A DNA stretch of 64,000 nucleotides from Arenicellales bacterium (lineage in GTDB: Bacteria; Pseudomonadota; Gammaproteobacteria; Arenicellales; Poriferihabitantaceae). Below are positions 49,485 to 58,881 of the stretch, one piece after another (the stretch's first letter is position 1; each line of letters starts with the position of its first letter). Below the pieces are notes generated by a model. The model did no database searches. It worked only from the letters and a program-made list of their open reading frames with translations, and was not told the origin of the DNA. The stretch is taken from NCBI GenBank assembly GCA_963693025.1, contig OY843749.1, positions 2,957,617 through 3,021,616 on the forward strand, written 5' to 3'. The position numbers were made by a program, and so were the translations under genes.

Positions 49485-52319
49485 ATGAACACCATTCACA
49501 GTTTGTTAAGGAATAAGGTCGAGACATGGGTAAGACTGGAGAAAGAAAATAACCAATCTCTTGTCAAAAATATGCTTCAACACATTGACAAAGTCGGAAA
49601 GCTTCGCCCACCGCAGAAAGAAGCCATAGAAACCCACCTTTGGATTAAATTCGTGGGCAATAATAAAAAACTCTCTGATGTGGTAAGGAACGGGCTTTTA
49701 TATGACGATAGCGTTGCCATGACGTATGGAAATTATCTCACTTTCAAAAAAGGCGATTATGTTGCCCAATTCTTGAATCAATTCTTTCAAGATAACAGGT
49801 TAAAGAACCTGCACAAGGAACTCTTAAATGATCCAAATGGAAAAGAAATCAGTTGGAATTCCACGCTTGATGACTTGCTCCACAATTTCGAGTACCCAAA
49901 TTACCTCTACAGTCTTCCAATGGGGGCAGGCAAAACATTTTTAATGGCTTGTTTCATTTACCTTGATCTTTATTTTGCTACTTTATTCAAAGAAGATAAA
50001 AGATTTGCTCACAACTTCGTTGTTTTCGCGCCACACTCTGCAAAAACCGCAATCCTTCCATCCCTCCGAACAATCAAGGATTTCAACCCTGAATGGATAC
50101 TGCCAAAGAATGATGCCGATAAACTGAAACAAGTTATTTCTATTGAGATACTTGATAGTTTAAGTTCCAAAAGAAAAGACAAGTTGCATGGAAATAACCC
50201 AAACCTTGAAAAAGTAAATCGAATGAAACAGACAAAAGATTTTGGGCTTGTCTTTATAACCAACGCTGAGAAAGTAGTACTTGAAAAGTATGATGATAGG
50301 GATAAAGCGCTGGTAGATAGCCTTGAGAGAGGACAAGCAGATGCGCTTGATGCGCGCTCGATCGATGAAATAAAGAAATCGAATCAACTCAGAGAAGCAT
50401 TATCGCAGATACCAAATCTAACGGTAATACTTGATGAAGTGCACCATTCTTACGGAAGCACGGGAAACGGAGAGAAAAAACTGAGGCAGGCGGTCAATAT
50501 ACTAAACCAGCATAAACACATTAATACCGTTATCGGATTATCCGGTACACCCTACGTTAAAAGTGAAATTAAAGTTGCCGACAACAGTATACGATTAAGT
50601 CAGATACAAGACATAGTTTATAACTACCCCTTAAATATTGGCATTGGCAAGTTTCTAAAGAAACCTGTCATTAAAAAAGCAAGCGTAAGAGAAAAAGCAT
50701 TTATCCAACAGGCTCTTTCAGACTTTTTTAAGGATTATGACAAAAAGTATAAGGATGGAACAAAAAGCAAAATAGCTTTTTACTGTCCTTCGATTAAAAA
50801 ATTGAATGATGATATTCTTCCTGTCGTTCAGGAATGGTACCGCAAAAATCGCTCTAAAAAAGAAGAAGAAATATTTAGATATTATTCGAAAGTAAAAAAG
50901 GATAATAAGCAGTATGCGTTACCAAGAGATAGCCTTGCTATTTTCAACAATCTCGACAGACCATACTCAAAAAAACGGGTAATTTTATTGGTTGCAGTCG
51001 GCACGGAAGGTTGGGATTGCAGAAGTCTGACAGCGGTTGTATTGCCAAGACAAGACACGCCTAAGAATTTTGTATTGCAGACAGCTTGCAGATGTTTGAG
51101 AGAGGTTGATGATTCGGCGCACGAAAGTGCGCTTATTTATTTATCAGAAGAAAACCATGAAACTCTCGACAAAGAATTGAAGGAAAATTATCAGCTTTCA
51201 ATATCCGATTTCTCTGAAAGGAAAGAACAAACGATACAAGTTCAAGTTCGCAAACCAAAACTGGGAAAACTCAAATACAAGCAAATTGACACTCGTTACA
51301 AGATTGTCAAAAAAATGGCGCCCGACATAAAGAAAGAATTGACAAAGTTAAGATTTTCAAAATTGAAAAGCAAGTATAAGTATGACAAGAGCATCGTCTC
51401 CGGCACGATCGGTAAAACGGGGATAACAGGTGAGGTAGCAGCAGATCACATCAAGGAAAAAAGCAACGGCATGTTTTCTTTTGCAGAATTTATTTACAGT
51501 CTGTCTGCCAATACATATGCAAAGTTTAGCGAACACGAACTGGAGAGTAAGTATAAAGATGACCTTTCACAAATACATAAACAAATTTCTAGAAATTTGG
51601 AATGGATAAATTTAAATCCTTATATCGGATTAACTGATATTGTAAAGTTTATCGCGGCCAGTTTTATGGACAAGGTGGAATACACCAAAGATATTATAAA
51701 AAACGAAACTGAGATTGAACTTCTGGAGTGGGCAGGCACTGACAATGAGATGAGTTTCTTTTCTCCAACCGGATCAACTTATAAGTTTATGCCGAAAATT
51801 AGTATGGCGAATTATGGGGGAAATAGAGGCTACGGGAAACACCTAGAATATATGGAAGACGACTTTTTTGGAGAGAGCGGTATCGACCCACAGGACATCA
51901 GTTTTAATTACATTCCTTACAAAATGGACAGCGAATTTGAGCAAAATACTCTTGCGGAAATGTTGAAATTGGCTGAACTCAAGGGGCTTGAAATTTATTT
52001 TAACGGGTATAAAGATGAAAAACTGCAGTCATTTTGGATACAAACACCGCGAGGAAAATATACTCCGGATTTTTTGATATTGAAAAGAAAGGGGGGTAAA
52101 TACAGGAAAAACAGAAAGGCGATTATTGACAAGGTGTTTATTGTCGAGACAAAGGGGAAACCTTATTACAACGATGAATTTAAAGCGAAAGAGAAGTTTG
52201 TTAATGACGAGTTTTTGAGGCATAATGAGCACTTCGAATATCGTTGTTTCCTCGATGACGGAAAAAACGATTTCACAAAGCATCTTGGTAGATTTAAGAA
52301 ACTTTTGGAAAATTTCTAA
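49485..52319 (+). CDS. Type III restriction enzyme Res-like SF2 helicase-nuclease (island 2)
   Basis: Walker A SLPMGAGKTF, DEVH box (VILDEVHHSYG) and LSGTPY. The C-terminal PD-(D/E)xK-like motif is YTPDFLILKRK...VFIVETKGK. Line 50581-50640 has 18/60 G+C. ATG 49485 is preferred over TTG 49410. Confidence 0.8.
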   Translation: MNTIHSLLRNKVETWVRLEKENNQSLVKNMLQHIDKVGKLRPPQKEAIETHLWIKFVGNNKKLSDVVRNGLLYDDSVAMTYGNYLTFKKGDYVAQFLNQFFQDNRLKNLHKELLNDPNGKEISWNSTLDDLLHNFEYPNYLYSLPMGAGKTFLMACFIYLDLYFATLFKEDKRFAHNFVVFAPHSAKTAILPSLRTIKDFNPEWILPKNDADKLKQVISIEILDSLSSKRKDKLHGNNPNLEKVNRMKQTKDFGLVFITNAEKVVLEKYDDRDKALVDSLERGQADALDARSIDEIKKSNQLREALSQIPNLTVILDEVHHSYGSTGNGEKKLRQAVNILNQHKHINTVIGLSGTPYVKSEIKVADNSIRLSQIQDIVYNYPLNIGIGKFLKKPVIKKASVREKAFIQQALSDFFKDYDKKYKDGTKSKIAFYCPSIKKLNDDILPVVQEWYRKNRSKKEEEIFRYYSKVKKDNKQYALPRDSLAIFNNLDRPYSKKRVILLVAVGTEGWDCRSLTAVVLPRQDTPKNFVLQTACRCLREVDDSAHESALIYLSEENHETLDKELKENYQLSISDFSERKEQTIQVQVRKPKLGKLKYKQIDTRYKIVKKMAPDIKKELTKLRFSKLKSKYKYDKSIVSGTIGKTGITGEVAADHIKEKSNGMFSFAEFIYSLSANTYAKFSEHELESKYKDDLSQIHKQISRNLEWINLNPYIGLTDIVKFIAASFMDKVEYTKDIIKNETEIELLEWAGTDNEMSFFSPTGSTYKFMPKISMANYGGNRGYGKHLEYMEDDFFGESGIDPQDISFNYIPYKMDSEFEQNTLAEMLKLAELKGLEIYFNGYKDEKLQSFWIQTPRGKYTPDFLILKRKGGKYRKNRKAIIDKVFIVETKGKPYYNDEFKAKEKFVNDEFLRHNEHFEYRCFLDDGKNDFTKHLGRFKKLLENF

Positions 52320-52321
52320 CG

Positions 52322-54142
52322 ATGAAAAAATCGAAACCATACAACCTATCGCCGGCAAGAGGGCAAGCGCTTCTTAACTTTGAGGGTAGAAGGTTCCCTG
52401 ACAAACTAGATGTGTTTGAAACTGAAGTCATTGAAACAGTCCGAAAGAAACAGTCGAAAGCGCAGTCCTTGTTAAGCGAGGAAAGTGATTTAAATGCTGA
52501 TTTCAGGAATTTACTCATTCAAGGTGATTGTTTATCTGCTTGCGCCTATTTGAAGTCAAGGAGCATTAAGGTCGATTTAGTTTATATTGATCCACCGTTT
52601 GCAAGCGGAGCAAATTATGCCAAGAAGATTTACCTGCGTAATGGGGGCAAATCTCAGATCGAAGCGGACGACAATACTATTGGTGAAGAGGTGATGTATG
52701 GAGACATCTGGCAAAAAGAAGATTACCTTAATTGGTTGTATGAAAGATTGCTCGTAATTAAAGATGTTATGAATGAAACAGCAAGCATTTATGTGCATTT
52801 GGACTGGCATATTGGGCATTATGTAAAGATATTGATGGATGAAATATTTGGGGAGGAGAATTTTAGGAACGAGATTATTTGGCATTATCCGGATAACTTC
52901 CAAGGCAATGTAAACCGGTATCCTATTAACCATAATGTAATTTTTTATTATGTGAAAACAGCAGACAATTTTGTTTATAAAAGATTGCAAGAGAAATTGG
53001 ATAAAAAAGTAAAACGACCAACAAGAATATGGGATAAAACTACACAAAAACTAGAAATTGACCGCGATCATAACGGTGCTCCGGTATACAAAGAGTATAG
53101 TGAGAAATTTATTGATGATGTTTGGCGGATTGCACAAAGACCGGTTGTAGTGCCGGGTAATAAAGAACATACTGGCTATACAACTCAAAAACCTGAAGCT
53201 CTTTTAGAGCGTATCATCAAAGCATCGTCAGACGAAGGGATGATAGTTGCTGATTTCTTTTCCGGTTCTGGAACAACAACCAAAGTAACCAGCGATCTAA
53301 ACCGTAAATTCGTAGCTTGCGATATAGGCATCAATGCCCTGCAAACTACAAGAGATCGCCTTGTCAAGGCTGGGGCAAATTTTGATATATTGAAAATTAA
53401 TGATGGTTTACGCCTTTTCAGAAACCCAGCACAAACAACCGCAAAAATATTCAGCATCATTGATGGTTTCAGGTCCAGAACAGATTTGGATTTAAATGAC
53501 TTCTGGGATGGTGGTATCGCTCAGGCAAAAGGCTCCTACACCCCTGTAAAATTTTCAGGCATTCACGACAAACTCACCAAAGAACTCTTGGATGTATATC
53601 TGGAAGAAATCTATAAACTCGAAGACACCGACAGCGCCAGTGAAGTGGTTATTATTTATGCCCATAAAGATGTGGATATTGACCAAGCATCGTTGGATAA
53701 ACGACTCAAGAGAATTGCTAAAACAGAGATACAGGTAAAACTTGTTTCTTTGGATAGCCTGCTAGGTGAGAAAAAAGACGCTCTTTTCACGCCTGACAAC
53801 GCAGATATTAAAATAACCAAGAAAGGAAATAAATACAAAGTAGAAATCAAGAAATTTTACAGCCCTTACCTGAAAAATAAAATTGACGAGTACAACGCAA
53901 AGAAAGTGAAAAGTGGCACGATAGTAAAAATCGGCAATGCTGGATTAGAAATGATTGAAGCGGTGCAATTTGATACTACTTGTCGGAAAGTTTGGAAAAG
54001 CAACAGTGATTTAGAAGATAAAGCAGGCGTTAAAGACAGAGTCAAAGCCGTTTATACACTCGCCACGAGCAACTTTAGAATGAAAATTAGAAACATAGCA
54101 GGTGATGAAATAATAATTGATAGCAAGGAAATAAGCGGCTAG
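52322..54142 (+). CDS. beta-class amino (N6-adenine/N4-cytosine) DNA methyltransferase, Type III Mod-like (island 2)
   Basis: Motif IV VYIDPPFASGANY precedes motif [24 protein letters not shown] is present. It starts 2 nt after the res stop. Confidence 0.85.
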   Translation: MKKSKPYNLSPARGQALLNFEGRRFPDKLDVFETEVIETVRKKQSKAQSLLSEESDLNADFRNLLIQGDCLSACAYLKSRSIKVDLVYIDPPFASGANYAKKIYLRNGGKSQIEADDNTIGEEVMYGDIWQKEDYLNWLYERLLVIKDVMNETASIYVHLDWHIGHYVKILMDEIFGEENFRNEIIWHYPDNFQGNVNRYPINHNVIFYYVKTADNFVYKRLQEKLDKKVKRPTRIWDKTTQKLEIDRDHNGAPVYKEYSEKFIDDVWRIAQRPVVVPGNKEHTGYTTQKPEALLERIIKASSDEGMIVADFFSGSGTTTKVTSDLNRKFVACDIGINALQTTRDRLVKAGANFDILKINDGLRLFRNPAQTTAKIFSIIDGFRSRTDLDLNDFWDGGIAQAKGSYTPVKFSGIHDKLTKELLDVYLEEIYKLEDTDSASEVVIIYAHKDVDIDQASLDKRLKRIAKTEIQVKLVSLDSLLGEKKDALFTPDNADIKITKKGNKYKVEIKKFYSPYLKNKIDEYNAKKVKSGTIVKIGNAGLEMIEAVQFDTTCRKVWKSNSDLEDKAGVKDRVKAVYTLATSNFRMKIRNIAGDEIIIDSKEISG

Positions 54143-54196
54143 AAAACCATTTCCGCGGTTGAGAAGAGCAGTAGGTCACCTTAAGTCGAGCGACAC

Positions 54197-55342
54197 ATGA
54201 CAAAAAATTTTTTCAACGAAAGCACGAAACAGTCACGGGTCAAGTCTGCCATCGTTGCCAAATATTTTACAGCTTGGGCAAGGATAATTATTGGGGCCCA
54301 AAACAAGAATCCAGCGCAAGAGGATAAAAGAATTGCTTACATAGATTTGTTTGCCGGGCCGGGTCGATATTCAGATGGCACAACTTCAACGCCTTTGCGG
54401 ATTTTGGGAGTGGCCATTAAGAACGAAGATATTCGTCAAAGACTCGTAACATTTTTCAATGATAAAGATCAAGAGCAAATGAATTCGTTAGAGAAATCTA
54501 TCGGTCAATTATCGGATGTAGATTCACTCAAACATCCTCCAGAAATTTCAAATCAGGAAGTTGATGAAACTATCGCTAATACGTTTGAAAATAAAAAACT
54601 CGTTCCCACACTCTTTTTCTTCGACCCATGGGGTTATAAAGGGGTTACTTTGCGCTTGCTTAAGTCTGTACTGAAAGATTGGGGTTGTGATTGCATTTTT
54701 TTCTTTAACTATAATCGTATCAATATGGGGCTGAATAATCCTATGGTCAAAGAACATATGAATATGCTTTTTGGTGCGGAGCGTGCAGACAAATTAAGGA
54801 GGAAATTAAGTAGACTTTCCACGACTAAACGGGAATCGACTATCCTCGATGAATTGTGCGGTGCGCTACACGAATCTGGACCAGAATATGTATTACCGTT
54901 TTGCTTCAAGAATGACCGGGGGACAAGAGTGAGTCATTACCTAATATTTGTGAGTAAGAATTTCAAAGGTTATGAAGTTATGAAGGAAATTATGGCCAAA
55001 GAATCTTCGACAATTGTACAGGGTGTTGCCAGCTTCGAGTATAATCCAGCGGCGACACAAGTGCGGCAGGTGCTATTCTTTCCGTCACGCCCCCATGAAG
55101 CGTTGCGTCCTCTTGATGATTTGGGTGATATGCTTCTCAAAGAATTTTCTGGAGAAACAATCACGATGCGACAAATCTACAAACGACACAGCGTTAATCG
55201 CCCTTACATCAGTGCAAACTATAAGGAAGTACTCCAACAATTGGATCAACAACAAAAAATTACAGCACCTAAACACAAAAAAGGTACATTCGGAGATGAT
55301 GTTCCCGTAACATTTCCTCGATTAAAAGGAAATGAGCAATGA
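54197..55342 (+). CDS. tcmP: three-Cys-motif partner protein TcmP-like
   Basis: The N-terminus [23 protein letters not shown]...[11 protein letters not shown] and the later [10 protein letters not shown] match my memory of the TcmP family. It is followed, with an ATGA overlap, by a Gp37/Gp68-type gene, the defining context of that family. Confidence 0.65.
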   Translation: MTKNFFNESTKQSRVKSAIVAKYFTAWARIIIGAQNKNPAQEDKRIAYIDLFAGPGRYSDGTTSTPLRILGVAIKNEDIRQRLVTFFNDKDQEQMNSLEKSIGQLSDVDSLKHPPEISNQEVDETIANTFENKKLVPTLFFFDPWGYKGVTLRLLKSVLKDWGCDCIFFFNYNRINMGLNNPMVKEHMNMLFGAERADKLRRKLSRLSTTKRESTILDELCGALHESGPEYVLPFCFKNDRGTRVSHYLIFVSKNFKGYEVMKEIMAKESSTIVQGVASFEYNPAATQVRQVLFFPSRPHEALRPLDDLGDMLLKEFSGETITMRQIYKRHSVNRPYISANYKEVLQQLDQQQKITAPKHKKGTFGDDVPVTFPRLKGNEQ

Positions 55343-56058
55343 GCGGAACATCGTCAATCGAATGGACCGAGACTACTTGGAATCCAGTCACAGGCTGTAC
55401 CAAAATCAGCGCCGGATGCAAGCATTGCTATGCTCATCGTATGGCTTTTCGGCTTCAGGCTATGGGTAATAAACGCTACCAGAATGGGTTCAAAATTACC
55501 CTCCACGACGACCTGATTGATGCGCCGAGAAGGTGGCGTTCATCACGTATAATTTTTGTCAACTCCATGAGCGATTTGTTTCATAAGGACGTGCCAACCG
55601 AATTCATTCAGCGCGTATTCCAAACGATGAACGATTGCCCGCAGCATACCTTTCAAGTATTAACCAAACGCGGCGGTCGCTTGAAAACTCTGGCGAACAA
55701 GCTCAACTGGACACCGAATATCTGGATGGGTGTCAGTGTAGAGGACGAACGTGTTTATCACCGCATCCATGACTTGCTTGAAGTGCCCGCTCATGTCCGT
55801 TTTCTTTCCTGCGAACCGCTAATTGGGCCAACGGAAAATCTGCCGCTTGATGGCATCCACTGGGTGATTGTTGGCGGTGAATCGGGACCTAAAGCAAGAC
55901 CGATGGAAAAAACTTGGGTTTGGTCAATCAGAAAACAATGTCGTGCTGTTGATGCCGCTTTCTTTTTCAAGCAATGGGGTGGTGTTCAAAAGCATCGGCA
56001 CGGGCGTCTGCTTAACAATCGGACATACGATGAAATGCCGGAAACTCAACCGGCATAG
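55339..56058 (+). CDS. phage Gp37/Gp68-family protein (DUF5131), three-Cys motif
   Basis: [26 protein letters not shown] (C-x6-C-x2-C) and the later [10 protein letters not shown]...FFFKQWGG are as I remember for PF07505 proteins. Confidence 0.7.
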   Translation: MSGTSSIEWTETTWNPVTGCTKISAGCKHCYAHRMAFRLQAMGNKRYQNGFKITLHDDLIDAPRRWRSSRIIFVNSMSDLFHKDVPTEFIQRVFQTMNDCPQHTFQVLTKRGGRLKTLANKLNWTPNIWMGVSVEDERVYHRIHDLLEVPAHVRFLSCEPLIGPTENLPLDGIHWVIVGGESGPKARPMEKTWVWSIRKQCRAVDAAFFFKQWGGVQKHRHGRLLNNRTYDEMPETQPA

Positions 56059-56062
56059 CTGA

Positions 56063-56086
56063 GCGCGTTTTACGCGCGTTTGTTTT
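56063..56086 (+). terminator. rho-independent terminator candidate ending island-2 operon
   Basis: GCGCG-tttta-CGCGC followed by GTTTGTTTT, 5 nt after the stop of the DUF5131 gene. Confidence 0.5.
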
Positions 56087-56217
56087 AATCGGATTTCGAT
56101 TTTCTCCGTTGCCATCGTCAGTCAGAGGTTTTGAACACTAATGCCATCTGTGTCAAAAAGTTATGGAACTATCAAGCAAAGTTGATAAGAACAACAACTC
56201 CAACAAAAACAAAACCT

Positions 56218-56555
56218 CGTCATTCACAACAACCTCGTCATTCTCGAGCGTTAGTGTCCGTTGCCGCCGCGCTTTTTCTTTTAAGCGGCGGCTTACCGGA
56301 CACTTGCGTCCTCGGGAATCTCCCTAAGACTGACGCGGACTTGAACAAAGCGAGCGAAGCAGGCGGCGGGTAAGCCGCCATTCCCGCAGTCTTTTGAGCG
56401 GGAATGACGTTGTTTGGGCTCAGCGCTAGTCTTAGGGAGATTCCCGAGGACGTAAGCGCCCGTAAGTCGCTGCGCGACAACGGGCGCTAACGCTCGAGAA
56501 TGACGAGGTTATTGTGAATGACGGAGTAGGGGGACACTAACGCTCGGGAATGACG
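56218..56555. repeat. MITE-like repeat, copy 7 (composite: S end, nested insert, second S-like end, extra end modules)
   Basis: The core is 56236..56505. It has a 19-bp central hairpin, GGGAATCTCCCTAAGACTG/CAGTCTTAGGGAGATTCCC, enclosing an insert shared with copy 3. The extra modules reach 56555 and overlap the stop of the PglB-like gene. Confidence 0.85.
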
Positions 56556-58846
56556 CCTACTTCCCACAACGACACCGTCGGGCTCTGCACAAAAGCGTGA
56601 CGGAAGTAAGCGGGGTTCATTGTGTGGCGGATGAATAGGCGGTTGATTAGTGACTCGGCTACTTCGTGGGTCATTAGCATTCCGAATGCGGCGCTGGGTA
56701 TCCATTCGAAGTGCAGGCCGCCGGGGTGTCCGTAGTCGGTTTCTTCTAGCGCGTGTCCGGTGTGGGTGATGAATTTGTTGAGGGGTTGGCGGATGGTTTC
56801 GTCGTTGACCGAGAACACGGTGTTTTTTCCCTCGCGCACGTCGAAGGAGAAGTCGCCGCCGGTCATCAGCCTGTCGCCTTGCAGGCGCACGTTGTGGAAG
56901 AGCAGATGCGCCGGCGGCAAGCCCTTCCCGCGCGCCGCGTCCCAGGTGCCATACCAGAACCATTTGCTGGTTAGTTGCTCGTGATAGATGGACAGGAAAA
57001 TCGGCTCGGTGTTGTTGGGAAACAGGAAAGCGCGGCACGCTTCCACGGTGGCGAACTCATCGCCGTCGTTAGCGGTGCTTGATGCCGGCGCATCGGCAGC
57101 GAGTTGGTGCAGGCTTTGCGCGGCTGCATCGGCGGGCTTGCCAAACCATTCCCGCATCCAGCGCAAGCCCGTGTCGGTCGAGCCGGCGAGTTGGTTGATT
57201 TTCCGCAAGCCGCTCAGACCGCGTTGCGCGTAAAAACGAATGAAGTGGCGCGCGAACGCCGGGTCGTTGCTCGCCAGCGGCATATTCGCATAGACCTGCC
57301 GCTCGCCGCTCATAAACTCGCCATCCGCAATCACGCGCCGCCCGGTGTAATACATAATCGGATAGCCGAGCGACCACGGCGCCCACAGGAGCGCGTCGGG
57401 CGGGGTGTGCGCGCGAATGGCTTGGATGACCGGCAGCGCCAGCGTGATGCGCGGCGACAGCACCGATGAATCCAACTCGCGCGCCGCCGCCGGCACGATG
57501 GCGAGCGCCGCGCCCGCCGCGAAGAGGGGAGCGGCGAGCCAGTGCGCGGGCATTTCCAACCCAAACCGCAACCCCAATCGCCGCGCATGGCGGGCGGCGA
57601 GGGCGAGGATGAAGCCGGTGCCGATGCCGAGCGGCGGTCCCCAGAACAGCAGCCCGCGCTGGCCGAAGTAGAACGCGCTGAGGGCGAGCAGCACCGGCAC
57701 GGCGAGCGCGGTGAATGCCGCTTTGGGTTGCGCGCACGCCAGCCACGCGAGACCGGCGATGCCGAGTAGCAGGCTCGCGAGGAGACCCGTGGTGTTGTTA
57801 ATCAGCGATTGCAGACCGAAGCCGCCGAGTTCGGCGATGTCGGTCGCCACGTTGGGAAAGCCGCCGCCACCGCCACCGCTTTTGATGCCGTAGAACAAGA
57901 TTTCCCGGATGTTGCGCACGAGCGCGACCAGTTGTTCGCCCCACACGCCCGCCACGACGATGAGCAGAACCAACCCGAGCGCGGCGGCGGCGAGCGCTTC
58001 ACCGCGCGGCGGGCGGTAATACCACGCGGCGCTGATGAGCAACGGCGTGAGGCAAATCACCGCGACCACTTCCGGCGCCAGGTCCCACCACAGCGCGAAG
58101 AGTGCGGCGTTGAGCGCGGCGCCGAGCAGATAGAAATACCGCCGGCGGTCGCGGCATAAGCCGAAGCCCAGCGCCGCCGCCTGCGCGCCCAGGGTGAAGG
58201 CGACGATGAGGCAGTCGGTGTCGAATGCGCCGAGGCGCGTGCGCGTGACGAACCACTGGGTGTTGAGCGCAACCAGCGTGGCGACCAGCGCGGCGAAGGG
58301 CGGGATGCGCAACTGCCGGCAGAGCATCAGCACCGGAATGGACAGCAACAGGGCGAGGGCAATCGGCAGCAGCACGGCGGTCCACGCCAGCGACAGGGGA
58401 GTGGCGGCGCTGACCGTGGCGGTCATCCACGAGAGCAGCGGCACCGGCGCAGGGCGCGGCGGATGCTCCGGCGTGGTTCGCAATTCGTCGGTGGGCGCAT
58501 AGCGGTCGTCGCGATAGTCGCGCGCCAAGCGCAGGTAGTGGTAGCCGTCGGCGTTCAGCAACACCGGCTGGTCGTCAAAGAAATACCGCTCGCGATGGTC
58601 TTGCCACGCGCCGTAATCGGCAACGCGCAATGCGGCGCTGATGCCCAGCACCAGTAATAGGAGCAGCCACCATGTCGTGCGTGCGAGGCGGGTGGTGCTG
58701 AGCTCAGCGGTGGCGGTGGCGGTTGGCGACGACGGTTCCGGCGGCAACGGCGGCAACGTCGGCTTAGCGTCAGCCACCGCCGCCGTGTCGGTTACCGCCG
58801 ACTTGCGACCCGGCTTTCTTTTCCGGTGGGAGCGATTGGATGCCAA
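56537..58846 (-). CDS. STT3/PglB-family oligosaccharyltransferase homologue with non-canonical WWDYG region
   Basis: Four segments parallel Campylobacter PglB. [24 protein letters not shown] parallels [34 protein letters not shown] parallels [19 protein letters not shown] parallels [32 protein letters not shown] aligns with [22 protein letters not shown]. The protein has about 13 TM helices plus a periplasmic domain. Confidence 0.75.
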   Translation of the reverse strand: [769 protein letters not shown]

Positions 58847-58881
58847 GAGGTCTGCGGCGCGGGTTTATGTTTCGTGCGAGG

